Translations under genes and position numbers: made by a program
Shown here: positions 23,635-36,410 of the stretch, one piece after another
How positions within the stretch are numbered: position 1 is the stretch's first letter
Layout: each line of letters opens with the position of its first letter
Notes under the pieces: model-generated
Databases searched by the model: none
Told to the model about the DNA's origin: nothing
The model's input: the letters and a program-made list of their open reading frames with translations, nothing else
Source: Octopus sinensis
Lineage: Eukaryota
Direction of reading: 5' to 3'
Assembly: GCF_006345805.1 (NCBI RefSeq)
Contig: NC_043006.1
Location: forward strand, 18,352,001 to 18,416,000
Length of the DNA: 64,000 nucleotides

Positions 23635-26600
23635 ATATATATATATAAAAGAAGGAAAATTTAAACAAAGAACATGAAATATGTTTTTAAAACAAGAGAA
23701 TTAATGTTGTTTTTTTTATTAATTACTCGTACATAATTTGAATGGTTGCCTTTCATGAAACTCTGAGTGGCTGAGGAGTGAATCTTTGATATGAAAATAT
23801 GAATTAACTCTTCTACACTTTTGGGTACCATTTTGTCATATGCATTTGTAAACAAATACTCTAACACACACACATGCATTCATGCACACTTGCACACACA
23901 CACAGAACTATTTTACATCTGCTGTTTCTTGAGTTCAGCAGTTTTCCCATCTTCTCATCACTCATCAAGTCTTTTGTTCAGAGCACTCAAAGAAAAGACA
24001 AAAATGTCGTCCATCTTTCTGTGCTGCCAGTCATTGCTTCCTCTCTTCTTGGACCATTTGTTACTGACAGTCATCACTCACTCTTAGCTTTGTCTGTTAT
24101 TATCCACTACTTTCTCACCCAATCATACTCTAACTCCCTTCAGCCACTTATTCTGATTCTGTTTTTCTCATTCTTCTTCTTCTTCTTCTTCTTCTTCTCT
24201 CTCTCTCTCTCTCTCTCTCTTATTCACCTTCTCTGTCATGCTCAGAGCAAATAAACATATCTTACAGTAAGAAGGGCTCTTCACTGTTACTGGGTACAAA
24301 GCAACCCCATTCATGCTAATATGATAAAATGAACCCAGTACACTTTTCAAGGTGGTTGGTGAATGATTAGAGAAAGTGTAAGGTTGAAAAACACCTTTAA
24401 TTTTGTTGAGTACTTGTGAACATTTCTAGTGTTGGTACCATGATCAAATGCATTCAGTATACTCTGCAAAAGGGTTGCCGATAGAATGAGCATTCAGTCA
24501 GAGAAATCAAGCCAAAAATGAATCTTATGGGTGAGATTTGGAATTCTGATTTGATTTGGAGGGCATGGAGAGAGCTGTTGTATTGTACAACCTGCTAGAA
24601 ATACCAACCAAATTTCTCTGGAAACATAGTTCTCCATCTTAAAAAGAGAGACTTATTAGACAGTATAATCCTGAATCACTGTCTCAGAATAAGATGAGAT
24701 ACTCATGACTGGACTAATTTGATCTTAGAATTGGCTGATCAAAACTGACCTTGGGCTAAACAGCAACAATTTATTGACATTATATTTAATCAAAAGAAAT
24801 CAATATTGTTGTTTGTAAGCTCAGGATATACATTTTGCCATTAAAGGCTGTTGGTTAATAGATTTTTAAGTAGGTTTCATTGAAACACTTAACTGTAAAT
24901 AGCTATTTACAATAGCTATTGTGAATAGGTATTGGAAAATGGCAATTATGACTAGCTATTGTGCATTGGCTTTGTTATTTTGAAGCAAATATATTACTTT
25001 ATAGAGATGTGTATGTAAGTAGAAAATATGGTAAACATAAGATAATTAGGTTGAAATTATTCCCAAGATTTTTCAATCATATTCTAATCAAATAAAGGTT
25101 TAGCAATGGAATGCATGGATGCTATGATGGTTTTTGTCGTTGAATTGAACTGAATTCACCACTGAGAATAGTTGAAAGGCAGCAGAATTATGTTCCTGGG
25201 TAATGTTAATTTGTAGTTGATTTGCTTCTTCATATGCATCTATGTATCATTGGTTCCCCCCACATTCCTTATCCACCCTTCATTACATCCACTCCTCAAT
25301 CATACCCAATTTCAACAGATGTCACTTACTCTTCTCTACCTTTCTGACTTATCAACTCTCAGCAGCTGCTCTTCATGATATTCACCTACCTCATCCATTT
25401 CCAGTCTCTAACCATCTCTCACTCCCCCATACACTCTTACATACTCTATCCACCTGCACCCCTTGTTCTCGTGTTCCTACCCATTTTTACTCTCCTGTTA
25501 TCTTGAGGCACCTCACACCTCATCAGTATTTTATCTCTTTCCGGCTCCAACCTCCCTTCGATAATGTGAGAAGTCTCGAGGCCACTTTACAGCAAGAAAT
25601 CTGCTTTGTTCTGGCCCCTTATCTCCTAAAGCCAACCTCCCTTCTTACTGTAGCCCCACTTTTCCAAAGGGAATCTTAGTCTTGCAAGCTGCATGGGTGG
25701 CCTTACTAGTGCTTGTACCATGTAAAAAAAAACACTCAGTACATACTGTAAAATGGATGGTAAATAGGAAGGGCATTTAGGAGTAGAAACTATGCCAAAA
25801 CTGATATTGGAGCATGATGTACTTCTGAGTTGTCAGATCCTGTAAAACCATCCAGTCCATACGAACATGGAATATGGATATTAAATGAGGATGATGTTGA
25901 TGTGGTGGAGCATCAGTTCACAGATAAAAATATGATCACACTGCTGTTGGTGTTTATACTGTCATCTAACCGATACATTCTCACTTCTCAATTCCTCCCT
26001 ATCAATTTTCTTTATAAGTCCACTAGCCTTCATCCTCCATTAACTGCAGTATTTTCTCTGGTATTTGATGATAAGGATGTCTTTTATAAGTGAGCCAGAA
26101 GAGGAAATGTAACACCAACGAAATTTTCAGGCCCTCTTAGTGTGATGTGATCATCACAGTTGATGCCTAGCAGAACAGTCTGCAAGAATACCATAGAACT
26201 GGACTCAGATCTGAACACTTGCAAAGGGAATGAATTCCACCAAAGGTAACTTGTAACTAGCTGCAGCTATTAAACTGGGCAGTATGTTAGAATGATTATG
26301 TTGTTTGTTTAGTTCCAGGCCATTCATGATCATGTGGGTAAGCTGAAGGGGATCATTGTCTTGCAAGGTACTTGGCAACCCCGTTGGTGTTGGTGCCACA
26401 TAAAATGCACTAATGCTAGTATCACATAAAACGCACTGGTGCTGGTACCTCATAAGAAACACCCAGTACACTCTGTAAAGTGGTTGGCATTAGGAAGGGC
26501 ATCCAGCTATAGAAACTATGCCAAAATAGACAATGGAGCCTGCAGCAGCTTCCAGCCCTAACAGCTCCTGCCAATCTGTCCAATCCATGCCATCATGGTA

Positions 26601-27569
26601 AAACAGACATTAAATGATGCTGCTGCTAATGATGATGATTTAAACTACCAGTCTATCATTTCTGCTTCTCACCATATGCTGTTTGTGTTACAACTATATC
26701 ATGGGTATTTATATACACATGCATATATTATCATTTTGTTTGCTTGTTTGAAATTTTGTTGAATAAAAACAACAAAATAAGACGTGAAAGATGAGAATAA
26801 GACAAGGGTAATTGTAAACATATGTCAATACCAACCTCCACAAAAATGCAGACCTCCTTCACTCTTTCACAGTTCCTCAACACATTGCCGTTTCTAAATA
26901 ACTATGAGCTTTATTATTTTATTCTTTTACTGGCTTTATTTAATTTTTTAATATTTTACCTAGAAGGGAAGGCAGTGTCCATGACACTTTGAGGTGAAAA
27001 TAGTGGAAGGAAGGTAAGAGTGTGTACTCAAACCAGGGACCTAACCCTAATGCTCACAACTGTGTGGGATCTGCTAAAAGACACTCCAAGACCAGGTGGT
27101 GGTGATAATAAACATCTACCAACCTGGACTGGAGCCATGCTGGGAAATATTTTCGCAAGTGTTGTCAGTTGCATTGGTCCCATTACTTATGTCTTTGTAA
27201 TTAGTTTCTGGTCAACCTAGGCTGAGCTCACCTATAGTCGAAGACAGTCTAGCCATGGCCATCTCTGTTTATATATCCAGAAGTATATAAAAATCATTCA
27301 TGCGGATGCTGGTGCCATGTAAAAACCACTGGTGCTAGTGCTACTTAAACATTGGTGATGGTGTCACATAAAAAGCACCCAGTACACTATGTGGGGTGGT
27401 TGCCATTAGGAAGGGCATACAACCTTAGAAACCAAGCCAGAACAGACTATGGAACCTGCTGTGGAACCTGGCCTTACCAGTTCCTGTCAAGCCGTCCAAT
27501 CCATGCCAGCATGAAAACAGACATTAAATGATTTTGATGATGAGATAATCAAACTTGTTTTGAACGTTA

Positions 27570-27782
27570 TCTTTTACTCGTCTCAATCACTAGACTGTGG
27601 CCATACTGCAGCACTGCCTTGAATTTTTAGTTGAATGAATCAACCCCAGTGCTTTTTTTTCTTTTTTTAAGAAGTGGTACTTATTCTATCAGTCTCTGTT
27701 GCTGAACTGCTGAGTTATGGTGACACAAACACACCAACACCGGTTGTCATGCAGTGATGGGGGGACAAAGACAAACACAAAG

Positions 27783-27823
<41 letters not shown>

Positions 27824-27995
27824 CATGTATATACATACGAGGAGCTTCTTTCAATTTCCGTCTACCAAATCCACTCACAAGGCTTTGGTTGGCCCAAGGC
27901 TATAGTAGAAGACACTTGTCCAAGGTGCCACACAGTGGGACTGAACCTGGGACCATGTGGTTGGGAAGCAAGCTTCTTACCACACAGCCATGCCT
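27570..27995 (-). mobile_element. SINE family A (older copy)
   Basis: Diverged family A sequence. Confidence 0.8.
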
Positions 27996-28067
27996 ACTGT
28001 AAGCTGTGAAATTTTGCTGTTACTTCTAGCAAACTCAGTCGGTTCTCAACTTATTGCGATGACCATC

Positions 28068-28232
28068 GTTGTGAGTTCAAATTCCGCCGAGGTCGACTTT
28101 GCCTTTCATCCTTTCGGGGTCGATAAATTAAGGACCAGTTACGCACTGGGGTTGATATAATCAACTTAATCTGGTTTGTCTGTCCTCGTTTGTCCCCTCT
28201 GTGTTTAGCCCCTTGTGGGTAGTAAAGAAATA
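28068..28232 (+). mobile_element. 5'-truncated SINE family C with 15-bp TSD
   Basis: TSD GGTTCTCAACTTATT at 28041-28055 and 28233-28247. Confidence 0.85.
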
Positions 28233-28470
28233 GGTTCTCAACTTATTTTATAGACGGGGATCCATAGTTTTTCAAACTGAAAGAAACGGACAGGAATGTG
28301 GATCTTGAAATGGTTTTGAACTGAAGAACTTGAATGTTCTATATCAGCCTCACTACACAAAGCATTTTGTTCGATGCTCACATAATGATGCTACAGTCCA
28401 CACTTATCTATTGTTTATTTTCATTCTTTTCAACTTTGAAAAAAAATTATTCCTTAACAATTGATGCCAC

Positions 28471-28553
28471 TTTGTACAACAGGGTGGTAAGCGTGCCAAT
28501 TTCCATCAGAGCATCAAGCTATTCCAGAAGGCACATTCCATTGCGATTGCCAA
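28471..28553 (+). CDS. TTC23: Internal coding exon C of the TTC23-like gene (phase 0 to phase 2)
   Basis: U12 branch TTCCTTAAC (28450-28458) and AC acceptor (28469-28470). Reads FVQQGGKRANFHQSIKLFQKAHSIAIA in frame with exon B, then a GTATGT donor at 28554. Resembles recalled human TTC23 SINHFLQAHLII. Confidence 0.85.
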
Positions 28554-28639
28554 GTATGTAGATAACAACCCTTCTTCATCTTCAGTATTGCTTTCTCTGT
28601 ACTGCTTTTGTTAATTAAATGGCTTATCAGTTAAGTAGG

Positions 28640-28642
28640 TTG

Positions 28643-28698
<56 letters not shown>

Positions 28699-29321
28699 GG
28701 TGGTGGTAATAGTAGTAGTGGTGGTCGCAGTAGTAATAGTAGTCGTAGTAGTCATAGTAGTAGTTGTAATAGTAGTAGTAGTCGTCGTAGTAGTAGTGAT
28801 TGTGGTGGTGGTGGTGGTAGTAATAGTAGTAGTGGTGGTCGTAGTAGTAGTAGTAGTAATAGTAGTCGTAATAGTAGTCGTAGTAGTAGTCGTAGTAGTA
28901 GTAGTAGTTGTAATAGTAGTAGTAGTCGTCGTAGTAGTAGTGATTGTGGTGGTGGTGGTAGTCAACTTCATTATTACTTTAGTACTGCTTTTGTTAATTA
29001 AGTGACTTATCAGTTAAGTAGGTTGGTAGTAGTAGTAGTAGTAGTAGTAGTCGTAATAGTAATAGTCGTAGTAGTAGTAGTGATTGTGATGGTGGTGGTG
29101 GTGGTAGTAGTAGTGACAGTGTGGTGGTGGTTGAGGTTGGGGTGGTAGTGGTAATAGTAGTAATGGCTATGGCAATAGTTGTAGTTGTAGTAGTACTAGT
29201 TGTGGTTGTGGTGGTAGTAGTAGTAGTGGTAGTGGTGATGGTAGCAGAAGTTGCAATAGTAATAGTAGTAGAAGCTCTAGCAGTTGTAGGTGTGGTGGCC
29301 ATAATAATAGTGGTAGTGGTG

Positions 29322-29375
<54 letters not shown>

Positions 29376-29658
29376 TTAGTAGTTGGGGAGTAGTGGTAAT
29401 AGTAGTATTTGTAGTTGTGGTGGTGGTGGTGGTAGTAGTAGTAGTAGTATTAGTTGTAGTAGTAGTGGGTGGTAGTAACGGTTGAAATAGTAATAGTAGT
29501 AGAAGCTGTAACAGTAGTAGTTGTGGTGGCAGTAATAGTAGTGGTAGTGGTCGTGGTAGCAGCAGCAGTAGTAGTAGTAGTAGTAGTCATGGTGTTAGTA
29601 GTATTTGTAGTGGTGGTGGTATGGGTGGTAGTAGTGATAGTAGTAAGCATGGTGATGA

Positions 29659-29691
<33 letters not shown>

Positions 29692-29835
29692 ATTGGTGAA
29701 GGTGAAATCATAGTTGTGGTTTTTTGGTAGTGGTGTTCTTGCTGTGGTTGCAGATGATGGTGTGATAGTAATCACGATGGTGGTGAAATGGTGGTAGTAA
29801 TGGTAGTGATGGTGTTGGTGGTGGAATAGTGGTTG
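28640..29835. repeat. ~1.2-kb (GTA/GTG/GTC)n trinucleotide tract
   Basis: Direct inspection. It is the source of the poly-V and poly-T ORFs. Confidence 0.95.
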
Positions 29836-29919
29836 GCATTATGGTAGTGTTTATTGTTATCATTGTGGGATGCGGTTTGAGTGAGATTTGGCTACTTTTC
29901 TTGCAGGTTTGTCAACCAC

Positions 29920-30319
29920 TTAACCCTTCAGCATTTAAACCGGCCATATCCGGCCAAAAGTATTCTGCCTGTTCTATGTTCAAACTGGCCAGATCTGGTC
30001 TCTCACACCAGCCCTACAATGTCGTTTTCAAAAATTAACAGCTACCTCATCAAAATCTCATAGCTACAAGATGATGCTCTTACTCTTACTCTTTTACTCT
30101 TTTACTTGTTTCAGTCATATGACAGCGGCCATGCTGGAGCACCGCTTTTAGTCGAACAAATCGATCCCGGGACTTATTCTTTGTAAGCCCAGTACTTATT
30201 CTATCGGTCTCTTTTGCCGAACCGCTAAGTGACGTGGCTGTAAACACACCAGCATCGGTTGTCAAGCAATGCTAGAGGGACAAACACAGACACACAAACA
30301 TATACATACATATATATAT

Positions 30320-30365
<46 letters not shown>

Positions 30366-30790
30366 CCAACCACATGATTCCGGGCTCAGTCCCACTGCGT
30401 GGCATCTTGGGCAAGTGTCTTCTGCTATAGCCTCGGGCCGACCAAAGCCTTGTGAGTGGATTTGGTAGACGGAAACTGAAAGAAGCTTGTCGTATATATA
30501 TATATTTATATATATATATATATATGCATATATATATATATATATATACATATATACGACAGGCTTCTTTCAGTTTCCGTCTACCAAATCCACTCACAAG
30601 GCTTTGGTCGGCCCGAGGCTATAGCAGAAGACACTTGCCCAAGATGCCACGCAGTGGGACTGAGCCCGGAACCATGTGGTTGGTTAGCAAGCTACTTACC
30701 ATACAGCCACTCCTGCGGATGATTAGTTCAAAACAATGTGAATAAAAAAGCATTAATTTTGGCAGAATACTGCGAACACTAAAGGGTTAA
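29920..30790. mobile_element. piggyBac-like MITE (TTAA TSD, CCCT.. TIR) carrying a rearranged SINE A
   Basis: TTAACCCTTCAG ... CTAAAGGGTTAA. Related copies at 32601, 48598, 56424 and 58303. Confidence 0.8.
30076..30717 (-). mobile_element. SINE family A with internal inverted duplication
   Basis: 30363-30495 is the reverse complement of 30553-30686. Confidence 0.88.
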
Positions 30791-31062
30791 AGATCTTTCT
30801 AGTTGTCTCATTGGTGAAGTTGTTGTTGTTTGGTAATGGTTTTGGTTGTAGTGCTGTTATGTACTTTTCTACCTCTGCTTTCATCTTTCTTTTATTCACC
30901 CTGATACTTCTTGTGCTATTTTTCCCTTCTGTAATTCTTTTCTTTCCGTACCGCCTTTGCTCTGTTCTCAAAATTGATAAATGGCATGACAGGTGTTGTA
31001 ATCACCTCAAGAAGCTCAGATTTCATTCTTTCCAAAAACCCAGTCAAGAGAGCTACATTATT

Positions 31063-31637
31063 TTTACTCTTTTACTTGTTTCAGTCATTTGATTGTGGCC
31101 ATGCTGGAGCACTGCCTTTGTTTGATCAAATCGACCCCAAATCGACTTATTCTTTGTAAGCCTAGTATTCGGTCTCTTTTGCTGAACTGCTAAGTTATGG
31201 GGATGTAAACACACCAACATTGGTTGTCAAGCAATGGTGGGGGGACAAACATATATGTATATGTATATACAAATTGAGATAGGGGGTGTAAATGCAACCC
31301 TCCATGGGATAACATATATCCAATATACTGCTAGTGAAGTACCCAACAAAATTATTACATAAATGTTAATGATTGCGATGCAATTAATTCATTTACTGTA
31401 TTATATGGGCAAAGGTAAAATAATTTACCACAAATTACTATTCTTATCTTGTATATATGTATATATATATATACACACACATGATGGGCTTCTTTCAATT
31501 TCTGTCTACCAAATCCACTCACAAAGCTTTGGTCGCCCTGTAGCTAGAGTAGAAGACACTTGCCCAAGGTGCCACACAATGGAATGGAATCCGGGACTAT
31601 GTGGTTGGGAAGCAAGCTTCTTACCACACAGCCACTC
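31063..31637 (-). mobile_element. SINE family A split by a ~190-bp insert
   Basis: Tail at 31063-31260 and head at 31450-31637. Confidence 0.75.
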
Positions 31638-31997
31638 AGTCCAAATGGTACCAATATCAAAAATACAAGTCTTCTGAGGCTTGGCCCCTGAGTCATATGT
31701 CCCTTTCAAAAATTGAACTCATGTCACATAACAACATTGCAACACTACTTTTTTCTCACCTTCACTTGTCCTACTTTATTCAAAATCATTTTGAAAGAAA
31801 TCAAGGAAGAAAAAGACCCCTTCATATTCAAATGGTACCAGATTAATTCCTTCCAGAAATGCCATGCAAACCCCTGATATCAATATATATCTCAGCAAAT
31901 AAGAATTCATGACTCAAGTTGGGGATGACATCCTAAATCAGGACTTAAGAGGCTACCCCCTGGGCTTATAATGGCCCAAACCTACCTCAGTTATCTA

Positions 31998-32405
31998 TAC
32001 TCTTTTACTCATTTACTCGTTTCAGTCATCTGACCATGGCCATGCTGGAGCACTGCCTTTTAGTCGAGTAAATCGACCCCAGGACTTATTCTTTGTAAGC
32101 CTAGTACTTATTCTATCAGTCTCTTTTGTTGAACTGCTAAGTTACGGGGACATAAACACACCACCATCGTTTGTCAAGCAATGGTGGGGGGACATACACA
32201 GACACACAAACATATTCACACATACATATATATACATATATACGACAGGCTTCTTCCAGTTTCTGTCTACCAAATCCACTCACAAGGCTTTGGTCGGCCC
32301 GAGGCTATAGTAGAAGACACTTGCCCAAGGTGCCACGCAGTGGGAATGAACCCAGAACCATGTGGTTCGTAAGCAAGCTACTTACCACACAGCCACTCCT
32401 GCGCC
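31998..32405 (-). mobile_element. SINE family A
   Basis: Full-length family A sequence. Confidence 0.9.
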
Positions 32406-32600
32406 TATATTCTTCTTATATGCACTCCCCATCTTTCCCCATATTTTTGTTGTTTTTGTAAAATCTCGGAAAATAATTAAAAATTCACATTTTTTATCAA
32501 ATTATTTTGTTATATTTGTCTATCTATCCAACTGTAAACATTTTAAATATTTCACTAACTTTTTGTTAATATGATAAAAGGGTACTCATCTATTTCTATC

Positions 32601-32829
32601 TTAACCCTTTAGTGTTCACATTGTTCTGCCAAAATTAATGCTTTTTTATCCACATTGTTTTGAACTAATCATGCATTATCTTGTAGTTATGAGATTTTGA
32701 TGAGGTAGCTGTTAATTTTTAAAATGATATTGTAGGGTTGGTGTGAGAGACCAGATCTGGCCAGTTTGAACATAAAACAGGCAGAATACTTCTGGCCAGA
32801 TATGGCCGGTTTAAATGCTAAAGGGTTAA
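32601..32829. mobile_element. piggyBac-like MITE, uninterrupted (~225 bp)
   Basis: TTAACCCTTTTAG ... CTAAAGGGTTAA. Confidence 0.82.
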
Positions 32830-34076
32830 TCTTTCTGCTATGTACTCTTCTACTCCTATCTCTATCTTTCTCTTTTATACCTCTCCATTTGTGCCGGGAT
32901 ACATAGAAGAAGAATCTGGTGATAAGATTAAAATAATATTGGAGAGAAAGATGAAGGCAGAAATTAAAAGGTATAGAAGAGAAATGTGGGGTATGAGCAG
33001 AAGAGTACATAAGAGAAACGTTATTCTAAGTCATGAGACTGCGACTAGTTTCTTTGTGCTGTACAGAGAAAGTGAAAGTAAAAGTTGGTGGTGCAGCATG
33101 CCATTGAGATTGCCTGGAATTTATGAATTTTAAATGTCAGTCTCCCATCCTTTCATCTATGTGAAATACTGAAGTACTTCTATCATCACACTGTTGTTAC
33201 AGGCATCCAGATGGCCTGTAGCCTTCTGATACTGAATGGCATGTATCTGTCATCCATCCATCTTTCCATTCACTGTCTGTCCAACTGATCAGCTGATTGG
33301 AGATTAGTTAGCTGGTTGGTATCCTGAAGTTGGTGTTGCAAATGACCTGGTCATTTGCATCTTCTGTCTTATCAACTCTCTTTCTGTTACACTCTAACTT
33401 CTATGAAGCATTATGTTTACAACAATGAGTCAGGATACTTTCACTCAAGCACTATCAACACCTTCACTGTGTCTATGAACTTAAATGCACTGTCTGGAAT
33501 TTATGGTTGTTCATTTTATAGAAACCACTTTTAACAACATTTTTAGATCAATTTTGATAATTTTTTTATTTATCATCCATAGTACAAAGGAAGTGATTAT
33601 AGCAATGTGTCTTAGAGTTATGGCTTCTGACTAATATAATTCATCACTGGATTGAAATGTACTTAGACTCTATTTTTCTCAGAATTTTTCTTTTCATACA
33701 TAACTTTACGAAGTAACCATACTGCATAATTTATTTGCTGCTGAGATAAATCTGGTGATAGTGAAATTTCTTGAATCTACTTAAGACCTGTTTATCTACA
33801 TAAAACCATTGTCAACTCTCATAAGAACAATAGTGTTATGTCTTTTGATAGGTTTACAAATTATTCATAACTATTGCTGGTGCCATGTGAAAAACACTCA
33901 GTATACTCTGTATTATGGTTGGCATTAGGGAGGGCTACCAGGTGAAGAAACAATGCCAAAGCAAACTTTGGTTGGACAATTTGACAGAGCCCTCCATACT
34001 CATCAGAATTGATCAAATTTTCCACCCTATACCTGCACAGAAGTCAGACATTAAATGATGATGATGATAATGATGA

Positions 34077-34195
<119 letters not shown>

Positions 34196-34289
34196 CTTCT
34201 CTGTCTCTGCTTCTGTCTGTCTGTCTCTCTCTTTCTCTTCCCTCTCTCTATATATATGTATATGTAATATTAAAGGAAATAGAGAAAAA

Positions 34290-36410
34290 TACAATTGACA
34301 TTAAGAATTTATTCACACATTATAATATAATATAATTATACTATAAAAAATATAATATAACAAATAATTAAAACAAATGTATATCCTACAATTGATAATG
34401 CTCTTGATGATTGCACAGAGCCTTTTTGTGCCTATGAGGCTTAGGATAACTTTGAAAGATCACAAAGGAAAGTTCTTTTCTAACTCTAAAGTCAAATTAA
34501 TTTGGCCAAGATGATCTGAAATGGGTAGATTAAGTAAAATTATTCAACATAAGTATATACCTACACTTAAGAAAAAAATAAAACTTGAACATTGATCTAA
34601 TACCCAAGAAACTATTTATTTGTTTGATAGAGTAAATTATAAAAATAGAAATAAATTTATACAGATAGATATTAATAACTATTATTCTTCTGTTAATCCT
34701 ATTGTACTTAATAATGCTCTTTTATTTTCTAGAAAAATTCTAATTTTAGTTTTAAAGAAATTAAAGTAATTTTGGAAGCTCAAAAATCTATTATTTCATT
34801 TGATAATAAGTATTGGGCTAGGAAAAATATGAATAACTTTTTAAACATTACTATGGGATCGGCTGATTCTGCCTAAGTTAGTAGTCTTGTAGGTATATAC
34901 ATTCTATCTCATTTTAGTAATGAATTTCTAGATATTAAAGGTGGACTGTATAGAGACGATACACTGTTTTTGATTAATAGTCTATCAAATAGGAAATTAG
35001 ATTTGCATAATAAAAAATTGCATAGTCTTTTTTAAAGATTTGATTTATCTGTTTCTATTGAAAATGAACATGATTCTGTTAATTAGTTAGATGTTAATCT
35101 GAATCTTGTAACTGGCCAATATGATCCATATTATAAACCAAACAATAATTTGAAATATATTAAGTTTAATAGTAATCATCCTAAAGTAATTGTATAATTG
35201 TTAATTGTTAATAATATTTTGAGGCATGTTTCATATTTATCTTCAAATGAGGAAACCTCTAGCAATAATATCATTATGTTGCCCTTAAAAAGCGGGATAT
35301 ATGCATAGGATTGTATATTGTAATAAAAATGAGGACTATAAAAATATTATTATAATAATGGCAAATTGGTAGACAATGAAATGTGTGGATCTAACAGTAG
35401 AGATGTGTATAATAAAATATAGTAAATCTCATAAAAATTTAGATATTAATAAAGTTGACAAGGTAATTAATAAATTAAGTATTACAGAATCTAAAGATAA
35501 CCTAAGTAAGGGTGGAACGAAATATAGTGTAGATACACTAATGTAGATACACTAAACCTTTATTATGATAATAATAATGATGTTATTAATAATAAGAATA
35601 CTACTACTACTACTAATAATAATAATAGTATAAATAAGAAAAAGTGTAGTAATGATATTTTGTATGAAAATAGGCTTAAATTAAAGACTAAAAACTATAC
35701 TCCATATGCAGGTTTTGATACACTTATTATTGTTAATTCTATAAATGAGAATAATATTTCGTTTATTATTCCTTATGCAAGACAAATAAAAACTAATTTG
35801 ATCAAGCTTTTTTACAGATCTATATCTAAACATTTAATAAAGAAAATAAATACAATAAAACAATTAATAATAAAAAGATCAGAATTGGCTTTTCAGTATC
35901 TAAACATTTATTTAGAATTATCTCTTCAATTAATAACAAAAAATTAGACATTTTTATAGTAATAGAAATAATAATAATTCTATTACTGATAATTATATCG
36001 CTAGAACTTGTGATTGTAGATTTAAGGATAGATGTTATTTCAACAATTCTTGTATGCAAAATAACCTTGTAAATAGATGTAGAGTTGAATCTGAAGGGAA
36101 AGATTATTTTTACATTATGTCAACAGAAAATTTTATTAAAAAATGAATAGCAAATCATGAATATTCTTTCAGGAACAGGGATAGGTTGAACAGTACTAAG
36201 TTTATATGGAAGTTAAAGGATAGTATGAAATTGTACAACATTAAATGGTTAATATTTAGTTGTGCTAGATCGTATAAAATTGCTTATATTAGATGTAATC
36301 TATGTGTGAATGAAATATATCAAATTTTAACACCACAAAAGAAACTTCTTAATGACAGACAGGAATGTGTTTTAATAAGTGTATTATTTCAAGGTTATAT
36401 TAAATAAAAA
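34290..36410 (+). mobile_element. Decayed Penelope-like element (RT and GIY-YIG C-terminus)
   Basis: ITLKDHK...KVKLI, ITMGSADSA, GGLYRDD, (Y)LDVNLNL..GQYDPYYKPN, and C-terminal RCNLCVNE...LLNDRQE. Many stops. Confidence 0.8.

Larger units (their letters stand above)
8521..28470 (+). other. U12-type AT-AC intron (~19.95 kb)
   Basis: Donor ATATCCTTTT, branch TTCCTTAAC with branch A 13 nt from the terminal AC, and phase-0 frame continuity between exons B and C. Confidence 0.85.

Noticed and set aside
34381-34390. ATATCCTAC as another U12 donor
   Set aside because: Imperfect consensus, inside a Penelope remnant, with no upstream exon.
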